The notes under the pieces were generated by a model. The model was given only the letters and a program-made list of their open reading frames with translations, did not search any database and had not been told where the DNA came from. Shown here piece after piece: positions 43,749 to 63,344 of a stretch of DNA of 64,000 bases. The number at the start of each line of letters is the position of its first letter. Within the stretch, counting starts at the first letter, position 1. Made by a program: the position numbers and the translations under genes. The stretch is from NCBI GenBank assembly GCA_012295275.1, contig CM022677.1, forward strand, positions 10,540,001 through 10,604,000, written 5' to 3'. Source of the DNA: Chrysomallon squamiferum. Taxonomy: Eukaryota; Animalia; Mollusca.

Positions 43749-44426
43749 GACTGTACGTTTAAGACACTGTGTTTGATCAGAATCTGCCACGGTTCCGTTC
43801 TCACAGACACATCGCTCGCCCAGACATCCCACGTTCAAACATTTAGAGTTGATGGGGCACAAATTGGGTGACGTTTTACATAATCCCATTATCTTCAGAT
43901 TATCACCTGAATAAAATAGAATAAATAAAAAATGTATTAAAATTTATAATAATAAATGAATAGAAAAATACACAAATAAATAAATAAATTCATTAAAAGA
44001 TAGAATACATAAATAAAAATTAGGAATATTAATAAAATACAGAAAAAAACCCTTTTATTGTTAAAATATTGGTGAAATTATTAATTAATAATTGTTTAAT
44101 TTAATAAATTTATATCCTGTTATAGAATCGCGTTATGAATAGAAAATGAATAAAATAATTATAATAAATTAAAACAATATTATTTAAAAAGTGACCTTAT
44201 TTGTCCCTCTGATATATTGGTGAAAAAATAATTAATAATTAGATCGTTACTACAGCAAAAGAAACAATCACGACAAGTACTATAAAAAAAAAACATCAAC
44301 ACTAATACAGCAGAATCAACAGTCATGCTAATAATACAGTGATATATAAAGAAAATAAATAAAAACATAGATACCATAAACTGCTGATAGTAAAAAGCAA
44401 AACATGACAAAATTTGCTAGAGCCAT
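39153..44426 (-). pseudogene. EB-module/mucin gene copy B, largely intact but damaged in two exons; exons 44375-44426, 43757-43906, 43336-43479, 42943-43125, 42411-42437, 41803-41943, 41096-41430 (broken), 39675-40040, 39313 onward (donor deleted)
   Basis: Signal peptide MALANFVMFCFLLSAVYG, Cys modules in symmetric phase-1 exons, and a Thr/Ser-rich mucin exon. Exon 41096-41430 has an 8-nt deletion (giving TAA), a 1-nt insertion and a TAG at 41112-41114. The last exon lacks the ccag|gttagt donor retained in copy A. Confidence 0.8.
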
Positions 44427-44484
44427 TTTGATAACCTGAAAAACCATTAAATGTATATATTTTTATATTTTATATATTTATATA

Positions 44485-44611
<127 letters not shown>

Positions 44612-45335
44612 GAAAGACATAATTAACGAGATAGAAACTGAGAGAGAGATAAAAAATGTATAAGAAGTTTAAAGGATATATAATATTAGAATTGACTAAT
44701 TAACTAAATAACTAAATCAAAACAAATGAATAAATAATAAATCAATATTTAAATTTCTATAAGTTGTTTTTTGTGTGTGGAAGTGTTTATGGATACATGC
44801 GTGCATATTGTGCGAACGTGTGATTGTTTAATTGTTAAGTGTGCTTCTTAAATATAGTTACTTAGAAATTATATAAAAATACAAAAATAATAATAATAAT
44901 AAAAACATATTAATAAAAATAAATAGAAAAGAAGAAATATAATAAAAAAAAATAAAAATGAACATGTCTAAAAATGAAAATTTACAAAATATTTTTAAAT
45001 TCTCGTAAGACTTACCATAGGCGGACAGAACCTTAAAGCAAACTGAAGTGAGGCAAAATGAAAAGAGTTCTTTCAATATAAACTGAATCGTTTTCAAAAC
45101 ACATTTAACTTGTTCTTTATTTAGTAACCCCTCCCTCTGACTGGAATCCAGGATGTATACCAAACGTGGACAGAACAAAACGTAAGAAATGCAAGATCAG
45201 TCGTTCTTATTTAACAACACAATAAAATGTTTCCTTTGAAAACGTCTCTTTTGTGCGTTCGTGTTTGAGTGACAAAAAAATAAACATGTTTAATTAATAA
45301 TAAAAGAGAAGCAAATAAGTATATCAACAGTAAAT

Positions 45336-45401
<66 letters not shown>

Positions 45402-45657
45402 GAATGAAGAAAAAGTTTAAAGGAATAATTTTTTTTTTAAATATTCGATGTACATAATGTAATAATAATAATAATAATCAGCAGGAGCAGCAGCAGCATC
45501 ATTATAATACGTTTTCTGTTCATTTTAGAATATCTGTTTCAACGCAGTAGCATAGAAGTACGAACACTTCTTAAATAAACACCATTATTTGTTATTGTGT
45601 TCGAAACCTTTCCTTAATCACGTAACTCTGTCACGATAACGTCAGCCATTTAAATAA

Positions 45658-45719
<62 letters not shown>

Positions 45720-46557
45720 CTACACAGTCTTTTCTGTCAGTCTGTCTAAATACACGTTATTTTCATGAATCCTTTTGTTAACAAAGAAATAAAATAACAT
45801 AGGCATATTACTTTCATTTCAATCAAAATGCAGTTTTCTTTCAGCGCTTTATTGTATATATCTTGTATAAAATTAAAATTCGCTATTATTCAATGACGAG
45901 TTTTAATTATTCGGTTTTTCCGCTGAAACTTATCCTTAAGAAATATCGCAAGCATTTTAAATTAAAAAAATCATATAAATTACAGTTATAATTACGAGTT
46001 GATAACACGTAAAATCAGTTGCTACCGCCCCGTGTAAAATGTAAAGTTTGAGCAAGACTTGTTGTTATGTGAAACCGGAAGCCGCGTACTGCTCCAGATG
46101 ACAGAGAAAGATAACAGTTAAAATGAAACTTTCCTCTCATCCAAGCGATTTTCTGGTTTTTTAATTACTTATACTTGCAGTTTTCAACAAAATCAAATAT
46201 TCCTAATTGAGAATTTCTAGATAAATTGGCTGCAGTTACTTAAGTTATCTCTCAGTAATAAATGTAATTCTTTGATAAATAATTAAATAAGTAAATAAAT
46301 AAATAATTATATATGTTTAAATGAAGGATAAATACACAAATAAATAAATAAATAAATAAATAAAATAAAAAACAAATATAAATAAACAAGAAAACAAACA
46401 AACAAAAAAACAACAACAATAAAACATAATATAAATAAATGTCATTTCAAAGTGATTATAATGGTTGATAATATTCACTAGATAATAAAATAATTTCTGT
46501 TTCATGGCATACGAGCTAGAACACACCGCCGTCGAAACAAAAAGCTTCTTGTTGTTG

Positions 46558-46625
<68 letters not shown>

Positions 46626-47677
46626 TTACTGTTGTTGTTGTTGTTATTATTATTTTTTTTAAATTTATTTTAACAATTTTATGTATGGATAATGGATATA
46701 ATGCACTGCTTTAGTTAGTTTTAAATTGATTGAGTTATTAAGGCAATGCGCTTTGAATCAATTACGTTACAAAACTAAGTAATATTCATTTAATATCAAG
46801 CTTTAAAATAAATAAATAAATGAATAAATAAGTAAATAAAAAAATAAAAAATAACTGTAACAAAATGTGACTATAAGAGACGTGTGATTAATTTGATAAA
46901 TTTGTTTAAATTACTACTGGTTTATTAACTAAAGTTTATTATAATCTACTTGTTCTTGTCCTTCTTTTTTCTTTCTCTTAAAACAGTAAAGTTACTGATC
47001 CCCAAAACCGCTATGTGGTGAAGAAATTAATTTATATATAACGTATTATTATAAACTTAGACTAAGTGCAATAAATCTCAACATTTATTTTCTACAACTG
47101 AAAAACCGCTTTTATATAAACTCTTCCGATTGTTACAAATAAATGTGCAGCTAGTCTATGTTTATAATAAAATGTTTTATATAAATTTATTTCTCTAACC
47201 AGTGTTTCGTGTGTGTTTGATAACTGTTTAAATTAACAGTTATTTGATTTCACAGTTAACTATATAAATATTTCCATTTTACAGCGGTTTGTGTGTGTGC
47301 GTGCTTCAGTCTGTGATGTGATTTTGTTTATTTGTGTCTATGATTATGTGTGCATTATATCTGTATCTGTGTGCCTTTCGTGAAGATGTGTGTGCGGGTT
47401 TGCGTGTGTATATTCGATTTATCCGTGCGTTTGTGTCGTTCTCTGTTCGTTTTTGAGTTACAAAATCTGAGAAATTGTTTCTGTCATCAGAATTTTGTCA
47501 CCAGCAGACGATCAATAAGAATATGATTTGTTATTAGAAACTCATCCTGTTCAGACGACACTAGCAGACGATAATGACATTGGAGAAAGGTCACCAAAAG
47601 TTTTGTTGACACAACTTGAGGGGTTTAAGCGAAAATTTTAAACAAACAATTGAGAAACAAACCACCTGACTAATAAG

Positions 47678-47882
47678 ATGGCAAAAAGGTAAGATGGCAT
47701 CTTTTTCCTTTATTCTTTTAGAAATATATATTTTTTTTATTGTTAGAGACATATTTCAGCAGTTTCTGATATTTATTTTTAATTCAGAAGTACAATACTA
47801 GATTTTTTAAATTTGATTTCTTGATAAACTTTAATAGTAACCTGCATTTGTATTTTGAATACAAATAATAAAATTATTTCCG

Positions 47883-47915
<33 letters not shown>

Positions 47916-47958
47916 TGGCTGCAGTTGTGTATTATGCCATTCAGTAATTATATTGGGT

Positions 47959-48037
<79 letters not shown>

Positions 48038-48475
48038 GTGTATGTGAGTGTGTGTACAGAAACACACACACACATATAAATATAAATGAATTTATAAATA
48101 AATCAAATTATGATTAAATGAATGAATGAATGGATAAATGAAGGTGTAGTTTATAGAATCACGGTTTATGTAAAGTAGTGGTTTCGCTCTTGTTGAGAAA
48201 TTTAAAAAATAATAATAACACTAAAAAAGAAATAAAAAAAGGATGTTAAAGCATGTTAAAGGATGTTAAAAAAAAGTCTGGATTCCCTCTGTAGCAACCT
48301 TTTAACCTTAAACATCAGACGAGCAAACGTTTAAGAGAAAATTCGTGTTTTTAGCGTGTCAGAAATCTCAAAATGTTTGAAGTCTTGTTTGCTGTTACTG
48401 CTGACATCAGAGAAAAACAAACAGACAGAAAGAGACGATAAAAACAAAGACGTAAGTGTGTGTCTTTGTGTGTGT

Positions 48476-48565
<90 letters not shown>

Positions 48566-49898
48566 TTGTGTGTGTTTGTGTGTGTGTATATATATTTATT
48601 TATTTATTTATTTTTTTATTTCCAGACTAAACAGGATTATCTCACTGGTTATATTTTTTCTAATATTGCTAGAAATCGGTCTGTGGAATACGTCAAGTTA
48701 TAAACATAAACAACACAACAGCAATGTGAAATATTTTAATTTTAAAACGAGGGTAGGTAATATACAACAAATTCTACCGGAACAAGTTAACGTGAGACAA
48801 ACGGGCCAACTAGAAGTACGTCACATCGTATTCCTCAAAGTTCATAAATGTGCAAGTTCTACTATGATCAACATTTTTTATCGTTTCGGATCTACCCGCA
48901 ATTTGACCTTCGTTCTTCCGGAGAATAATAATTACATTCTGTATTCAGGAAGTTATACAAATATTCTTCCGCCAACGCAAAATAGGACCTTTGATATTTT
49001 AACCAATCATGCGATATTTAGTCCCGATCTTTTCATGAATATCATGCCATTTGATACGGTTTATATCGGAATTGTACGAGAACCGTACGAGAGACTATAC
49101 TCAGCCTTCGTATATTATCGGATTATGTTTCCGACTGATTATCTCAACTCTATCAGTAAACAGACAAGAAAGCATTCACAAGAGGACATTATCAGGCTGT
49201 TTTCGATTTACATAAACGATCCGCTCGAATACGAGCCATTTGATCCTTATGCGTCTAAAACTAACAACCGAATGGCTATTGACTTCGGCTATCCCGTGAA
49301 AGATTTCAACAACGAAACTAAATTCAGAGAGTATCTGAATTCACTGAACGGCTATCTCGATCTGGTTTTGGTTAAGGAAATGTTTGACGAATCTGTTATT
49401 TTAATGCGTCGTCTGCTAAACTGGAAAATTAAGAACGTCATGTACATTCCTAAAAATAGAATGAAAAGCCCGTCTGCTCCGTTACTTAGCAACGAAACAT
49501 TAGCACGCGTGAAGTCGTTCTTACACCTGGACTACATTCTGTATGATCATTTCCTGAAACAGTTCCACCAGCTGTTACAACAACAGGAAGACGACTTTTA
49601 CGCGGAAGTGACGTATTTTAAATTTATTGAGACAAAATTTAAGGCATTTTGTTTAACTAAATCTACAAATGTTCAGCCCGGAGAATCAGAGATTTTGTTC
49701 CCGGCTACAAAATGGAACGAGATGTTTATTATGAATTCAGAAGATTGCAGACGCACTAAGTTAAGTGAACTGTCGTTTGTGAAGAGACTAAGAAACGTAC
49801 ACACTGATTGGCTGAGGAGGGTTGGAGAAAATAAACAATGGTCATCTTCACGGAAATATCGCTTGATTTCGAAAAGAAGATATTCCAAAAAGCAATAA
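47678..49898 (+). CDS. GAL3ST: Galactose-3-O-sulfotransferase family protein (about 427 aa); exons 47678-47688 and 48626-49898
   Basis: ATG GCA AAA AG|gtaag splices in phase to ag|A CTA AAC, giving MAKRLNRIISLVIFFLILLEIGLW (type II anchor). PAPS-binding motifs IVFLKVHKCASST and YIGIVREP.ERL.SAF.YY are present, plus DLVLV.E.FDES.IL.RRLL.W. Open to TAA 49898. Confidence 0.93.
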
Positions 49899-50291
49899 CA
49901 GCACAACAACAACAACAACAGTGCTAATAATAATGATGATAACAACAATAATAAACAAAAAATAGTAGTAATAATAATCGTAATAAAAGTAAAAGTAGTA
50001 GTAGTAGCAGTAGTAGTAGTAGTAGTAATAGTTTCAATAATTTTAGAAAGCAGTTATAGAAGCAGTAGTTGTAATAGTGTAGTAAATAGCAGTAATAGTA
50101 GTGTATTATTAATAGCAGTATCAGTGATAGCTGTAATAGTAGTAAATAATAATCAAGTAAGAAATAAATAAATCTTTTATTTGTATGTTGTTGATTTATC
50201 TTATTTTATTTTATTTATTTATATATATTTTTTTAATTTTATTTATTTATGTATTTATTTATTTATTATATTATTTTTCTTTTATATATTT

Positions 50292-50328
<37 letters not shown>

Positions 50329-51504
50329 GTTTTATATTTATTTACATAATTTATTTATGTTTTTATTTATATTCAGTTCCTTGAAATCTGAAGTCAAAAT
50401 AATTGTTCATTTATTCTACATGTCCTACTCTTATGCGATATAAAACTAACATCAGAATATTTGTAAAGTTAATCTACTTATCCCTTTACTGTTTTCCGTT
50501 TTGGATTTTTGTTTTGACATACAAGAACATTTATTTATTTATTTACTTATTCATTTATTATTATTAATCAAATTTAAAATTTTCGTAAATTTACATTCAG
50601 TATAAATTTTAGTTTTAAGAAATTTCAGCATGATGACGTCACGCTGTCTAGTAGAGTTCATGGAACTGAAAAGCGTTCTTTATCACACTTTTCTTTCTTC
50701 CAAAAAACGTCGGAAACACGGAACAGAAGGGCGTCAGACGAACTCGTGTTAGTATTCGGTCGCCAGAGAGCACAGCGTCAGCAAACTGCGGTTTTCAGTG
50801 ATTCCCGTCTGTCGGTCAATTACAAAAACCTTTTAAAAAGAAACTTAGTCTGGTGACATTGTACATATATCTTTATACAACCTCACTTCCGATTTTTTTT
50901 TTTTTTTTTTATTGGTCCAGGAGAAGTTTATCAAATTTTTTATTAAAAAATATTTGTGAAAACGTAAACAAATTCATCGATCACTGGAAAAATGTTTGGG
51001 TGAGTCAAACAATCAAAGTATGTTCGCAGAATAGACATATTTGTTATATTACTTAACTTCAACGAATTCTACGGCTGCGAGCGATGATTCTGTGGTTGCG
51101 AATTATTGCAGACGTAATGCGGAAGCAAAGCCCGCGCTTCAAAGGATCGATAATGACACGTGACGTCAACAGCACCTTCTGATTGGCACAGACTGGTATT
51201 AATAAACATCTGTTCGAAACGTGTTCAAACAAATAAAAAAAATGAAAAACAGTACAGATTTAGAAGTCATAAAATGTTTCATTTTGATATACAATACATT
51301 ATATACAGCGGATTCACTCTACATGAGATATTCAGTGTTTATGCTGCGAAATGACAGAAACGGAACATACTTTGTCAGTAGATTATGAAGTTAAAATACT
51401 ATCTAGATTTACTGGGGACACAACAAGAAGGAAACGTTCGCCTCGATTCGACTTGTGAAGAGAAATCAGTTTATTGAATGAAAATTTAAACATTGTGAAG
51501 AAAA

Positions 51505-51680
51505 ATAGGGTGATTATTGTTTGAAACATACTGAAGATGAGGGTGATTGTTTGGAAGAAACTGAAAAAGAGGAGTTTATGATTGTTTGGAAGAAACTGAA
51601 AAAGAGGAGTTTATGATTGTTTGGATACTGAAAAAGAGGACTTGATGATTGTTGGCAAAGATGCTGAAAAAGAGGAGTGT
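51505..51680. repeat. About 34-bp minisatellite, about 5 degenerate copies
   Basis: gattgtttggaagaaactgaaaaagaggagtttat is repeated in tandem. Confidence 0.85.
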
Positions 51681-51828
51681 GGGTCATTATTAGGAAAAAA
51701 ATGATTTTATAAACAGTGCGAATCCAAAACGCTTTTAGTTCGAATCTAAAAAATCAGTCTCGGCTTATAAACCGAAAATTGAAGATTTGTTCTATTGGGA
51801 TTATTTCAAACTGATTTTCCAATATATG

Positions 51829-51895
<67 letters not shown>

Positions 51896-52670
51896 AAACA
51901 AACATACACACACAGATACACACACAGAGTAAATAATTACAGTTCAAATTAATTAAAACTATTAATCGAAAACAATAAAGTATATTTACTCTGTGTACCT
52001 CTGTTTCGTGTTAACAATTATTAGACCAAATAAAAATATAGATTTGAAAACAATCGTTCTACTCTATAATGCTTTCTGTAGCTTTCAGGTATAATTTTAA
52101 CTATGTTTATTATTTAGTGTTACTAAATGACCTTTAATTATCAACATTCACAGCTATCATTAGTCTGTTTCATTTAAAATTATTGTTATTTATTTATTGC
52201 CAGAAAATACAATTAACATATTTTCTTACTTCATAACCTTTTTGAACTTATGTAGGTAAAATAATTAAAAAGAAAAACAGTAATTATAATAACAAAAAAG
52301 AGAAAAACAGGACAGAAAATATATAATTATATAAAATTTTCATTTGAATTCTACCGAAGACATCACATCATTAATGAACATAGCCAAAATGGTAAGTAGA
52401 TTTTGCTGAAATTTTCTTTTATTACCAAGTTTAAATAAGTTCTTTAAAAAGATACATTATTACACAGTTTGTAAAATTAAAAAATGAAATACAAGATGTG
52501 AAAAAGAATACTGTTTAAAAAATGTCTCTTTTACTTTTAAATATTTTCACCCTTGTTAACAATATAGTACCAAAATGTCGTATACTTAAACGCTGATTTA
52601 TCGGACTTAAATTAACATGCGTATTTATGATGTAAAATATTATTTGGCTTGTTTCAGCTTCTCTGAAAAT

Positions 52671-52777
52671 ATGGCGGCTGCTGTCTTTGTGTTTGTTATT
52701 GTTTTACAATTCATTTATACAGGATCAGGTTCTAGTAACATTTTTCTTAATGATTAATTTCAATCTATCAACTAGTG

Positions 52778-52867
<90 letters not shown>

Positions 52868-54068
52868 ATCTATCTATTTGTCTGTGTATCTATCTGTTTA
52901 CATATCCATACACCTAGCTGCCTACTTAAATATACATCTATGTATCTGTCTGTCTGTCTAGCTAATCTATTTATCTAAATATCTATCCGTATATATGTCT
53001 ACCTATCTGTTTAAATCTGTATCTGTATATCTTTATGTGTCCATCTATCAATCGTTCTATCTATCCGTCTATCTCTCCAAATCTCTATCCATCTATGTCT
53101 CTATCTCTATATATCTTTATCTATCTATCTATCTATTTATCTAGTTAATTATCTAGTTATTTTCAGTAAAATCTCAGTGGTCAGCTTGGACGAAATTTAA
53201 AGTAGGAAGATGTTCAGAGCAGTGCTCAAGGGAGTTAACCCGATTTAGAACTTGCATCGGTGGACTTACATGCAATGGACCTAGAAAATGCACAATTATT
53301 GAAGCATGCAGGGGAGATAATTGTCCATCTACTCATAAAACAATTACAAATTTGCAAGGTTTTTATGTATCTGTCTTATAATCATTTAAACAATAACTAA
53401 TTTGCAAAGAAGATTTCTTCACACAGTAAACAACCATTTTTTTTAGATAGTTGTGGTAGTTATTGTGGTGGTGGTAGTAGGAGAAGTAGCAGCAATAGTA
53501 ATACTAGTTGTAGTAGAAGTATTTATTTATTTATTTATTTATTTACATCCAGATTTTCTGGAAAAACGTTTCTTTATCATTATTATTAATTTAAATTGAG
53601 TAAATATATTTATTAATGTTATTTGTGGTAATTCATTAATTCATTCGTTTATATACTATTCTTTTCTTAATTCATTCATTACTTTACTTCTCTTCGTCAT
53701 TTATGTATTTCGTTTATTTGTTTGTTTTTCGTTTTGTTTTTTTCATTTATTTCATTATTTACGTCATTATTTATTTATTTATTTACTTATTTTATTCTAT
53801 ACGAGTCTATTCTGCTCTATTCTACTTTATTCTATTCTGTTGTATTCTATTCTATTCTAGTCTGTTTGCTATTTTTTCTTCAGCCGATGTTCTCTGGTCA
53901 GCCTGGGCAAAGCCTAAGGTAGGCAGATGTTCCAAAAACTGCATAAGAGAAGTGACTCGAACAAGAACGTGTGCTTCTGGTCACACGTGCAATGGACCTA
54001 GCACATACACTATTATTAAATTATGCACGGGAGATGACTGTGCGTCGACTAGTAAAAGTATAAAATAA
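52671..54068 (+). CDS. Small secreted protein with two thrombospondin type-1 (TSR)-like domains; exons 52671-52728, 53167-53358, 53884-54068; 5'UTR exon ending 52391
   Basis: Signal peptide MAAAVFVFVIVLQFIYTGS, then two paralogous phase-1 exons: WSAWTKFKVGRCSEQCSRELTRFRTC...CNGP...C.GDNC and WSAWAKPKVGRCSKNCIREVTRTRTC...CNGP...CTGDDC. Confidence 0.82.
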
Positions 54069-55111
54069 AAATAGAAAATACTAAAACATTTATAATATTG
54101 TAATAAGAGACGCATTGTGGTAATTATATTTTGTTAGCTAAATCATGCGAGATGTGTTTATTAGAAAACACGCTGAAGAAGTCTGCAATAATAAAAATAA
54201 ATATCAAAATGAAGCAAAGCTGTAAAATAATAATGTTAACAGAAAGCCAACGATACGACGTCAACGTCGGCGACTTCAGTACAAATACCAATAATTAAGA
54301 AGGACATGCAAATTACGATGAGTTTTGTTTAAACTTCATACTTAAAGCTGAAAAAAGCGCGACGCTAAGGTAATATTTTGCGAATTAAAAAACAGTTACT
54401 ATATTTAGAACTAGACTGCAACGAAGTTGTTAAACTTTTATTTTAGTAGGAGAAAACCAGTCTATATTTAAAGAGAGAATTTTCTGTAATAACAGCTTCT
54501 TTCTTAACTGAACCTTAAAGACAGCTCGATGATATCAACTAGAATTTACGATACGATTTGAAACTTCAGATTCTCTTGAAACAGACCTGAACGACATCAT
54601 CAGCACGGTAATCAGGATTTGTCGCAGAAGCAAGGTGTGTATTAATAACTAATTATTCGTTATCTGATCCACTCTTCCAGATCTTCGTCAATGATAACAC
54701 TACCGTTGCAACCACTAATCTCTCAGTTATCCATCCTTCCTCGACTTTATACATCCATTTTTCCATGAGTCCTTCAGTCCTTCCCTAATCAAATAAATGT
54801 AATTACTTCTCCTTGTATCTATCCTTCGGTCCATCGACACACCCACCCATCGAAATATATCTTCTTAATTTTCTTTCCTTCTATTCACATATCCAAACTA
54901 TTGATCCATCGATCCACCATCCATCTGTGCATCTAGTTATTCCTTAGTTCTATTTATCCACACATTCATCTGTGAATCTGTCTCTGTGTGTGTGTACGAG
55001 AGTCTGTATGTGTGTGTGAAGTAAAATAGCAGTAAAAAAAAGTACAAATACAACTTTTTTAATTTCTAAGCATTTATTACAGTCACAGGAAAAAAAAGAG
55101 GTAAAATATAA

Positions 55112-55181
<70 letters not shown>

Positions 55182-55285
55182 TCTCCCTCAGAAAAAAGTT
55201 ATGTTAGTAGCAGCAGTAATAGCTGCAGTAGCAGTAGTAGCATAATGTATTTGTGTCATTATCCTCAGTGTTGCTGTCATTCTAC

Positions 55286-58499
<3,214 letters not shown>

Positions 58500-59329
58500 T
58501 TTCTGCGACTGTACATAAGACGGTAAATAACAAGAAATTTATTAACTTTACTTGAGTAACAGTTTAAACCAATCAAAACATTCCACATCCACGTAACAAG
58601 TTTTTTATTTTTTTATTTTTTTATCTTTTGCTGTGCTACCATTTAATTCATCTGATGGCGCTCGAGTACAAGATAGAAAAAAAAAAAAAAAAAAAAACGA
58701 AAAGCAACAAAAAAAGAAAAACAAAGAAAACCCAATAAAAAACAGAGAAACAGGTTGCCCCGAAACATGTTACAAGTCGATACTCATACGTGTGGAATTA
58801 ATGCACATCAAAAAATATATATGTAACATTAATGAGTAACATTTTAAACCAATGAAAACATTTCAGATCTACGCAATACAGATGTGACCATAAGATCAGG
58901 TCTGATAAGATTATAAAAATGTTATGACTGTTGTGTACTTGTATGACATTGTTTTATTGCTTATCTCAGAGCCAAAACGTAAACTGATTAATATCTGTTT
59001 TAATCTGATTTTCGAAACCTGTATCACTAACAGCTTTCTCTGTCATGAAATGTATCTCTGCTATTTCGATGTGAAGATGATGAGTACGGCGAATTAAAAA
59101 TAAGGACTCTCGGCGGTTGTGAACATTATAATAAAGGTTGAGTTTATTTTAGACAAAGTATAATTTTACTAACAAATATATAAATATATATATAAAATAC
59201 TACTACTACCGCTAAGAAGAAGAAGAAAAAAATATTATTTCAGATACATACACACACACACACACAAAGTTGAGAAAGCGAGACACTAAGATCAAATTAC
59301 AAACAAAACAAAGCATAGCAAAACCACAA

Positions 59330-59428
<99 letters not shown>

Positions 59429-59637
59429 GTTATAATGATGATAAATCACGTAATTGTACAAACTTACGTGTCTCGACGTGGGATCCCAACCAACTGCATT
59501 TCCCAACCGTTTTCCATTTGTTTCGGAAGATATATAGACACATCCGAATCCTGAGAAAATGTAATTTTTATTTATGTTTGTATTTGAAAAATAGTTTAAT
59601 TATAAAGAAAGACAGGTCTCCCTTATGAGACCGATTA
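59429..59637 (-). repeat. Apparently identical 209-bp copy of 56835-57043, including a whole exon (59468-59550) of the galectin-like gene
   Basis: Direct sequence identity. The copy is flanked on both sides by (GA)n. Confidence 0.95.
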
Positions 59638-59642
59638 GAGAG

Positions 59643-59730
<88 letters not shown>

Positions 59731-60339
59731 GGAGAGGTATGTTTTATTTATTTCTATTTACTACGTTATTATTATTATTATTTGAAAGAAATTCTTTTTT
59801 TTTTTTCTCTTTTTTTTCTTCTTTTTTTTTTTTTTTATATAGAAAACAAAATCTTTATTAAATTGTATTTTGTATTTTCTTTTGTAGCAAATTTCGGTAA
59901 GACCAAATTGTTTTTGAAATCTGGAATAGAATTTTGAAAACTATATTAATAGTATTTGGATTTATGTTATAAATAAAACAGTCTTTGAAAGATTTTGAAT
60001 TGTGTATTAAAATATGTCACAGATAAGAACCAAGAATAAATAAATGAATAACGATAGATAGAAAGAAAGACTGATCCTTAAAAGTTTCCAGAAGATTCTG
60101 CAGACTAATGCATAAATGTGTGTTTATGAGAGAGAAAATATTCATAGCTTGTATAAGCGTCTGTGAATGGGAGTGATATTATGTGCGTATATCAATCAGT
60201 TATTTATCGGATTATTAATGTATATATGATAACAATATTAAAGACGGTAGCAGCTGTTTATATATATAAACGATGTAGCACATGCTGTTATTAACTAACA
60301 GCCCTTTCTCGTTTTCAGAATAATAATGTGGTACGTGAG

Positions 60340-60348
60340 ACCGGAAGT
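60340..60348 (+). promoter_or_regulatory. ETS/GABP-type motif just upstream of the ferrochelatase start
   Basis: ACCGGAAGT lies about 35 nt before ATG 60384, as is typical of housekeeping promoters. Confidence 0.5.
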
Positions 60349-60383
60349 TGAAAAAGTCAGATTAATAACCAGACGACGTGAAA

Positions 60384-63344
<2,961 letters not shown>

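Noticed and set aside
48456-48625. N-terminal 56 aa of the 480-aa ORF
   Set aside because: Intronic (CT)n/(GT)n. The real start is in the upstream exon at 47678.
54570-54790. Possible further exons of the TSR gene
   Set aside because: Splice-like sites exist but the peptide has no recognisable features, and an in-frame stop with AATAAA follows exon 3.
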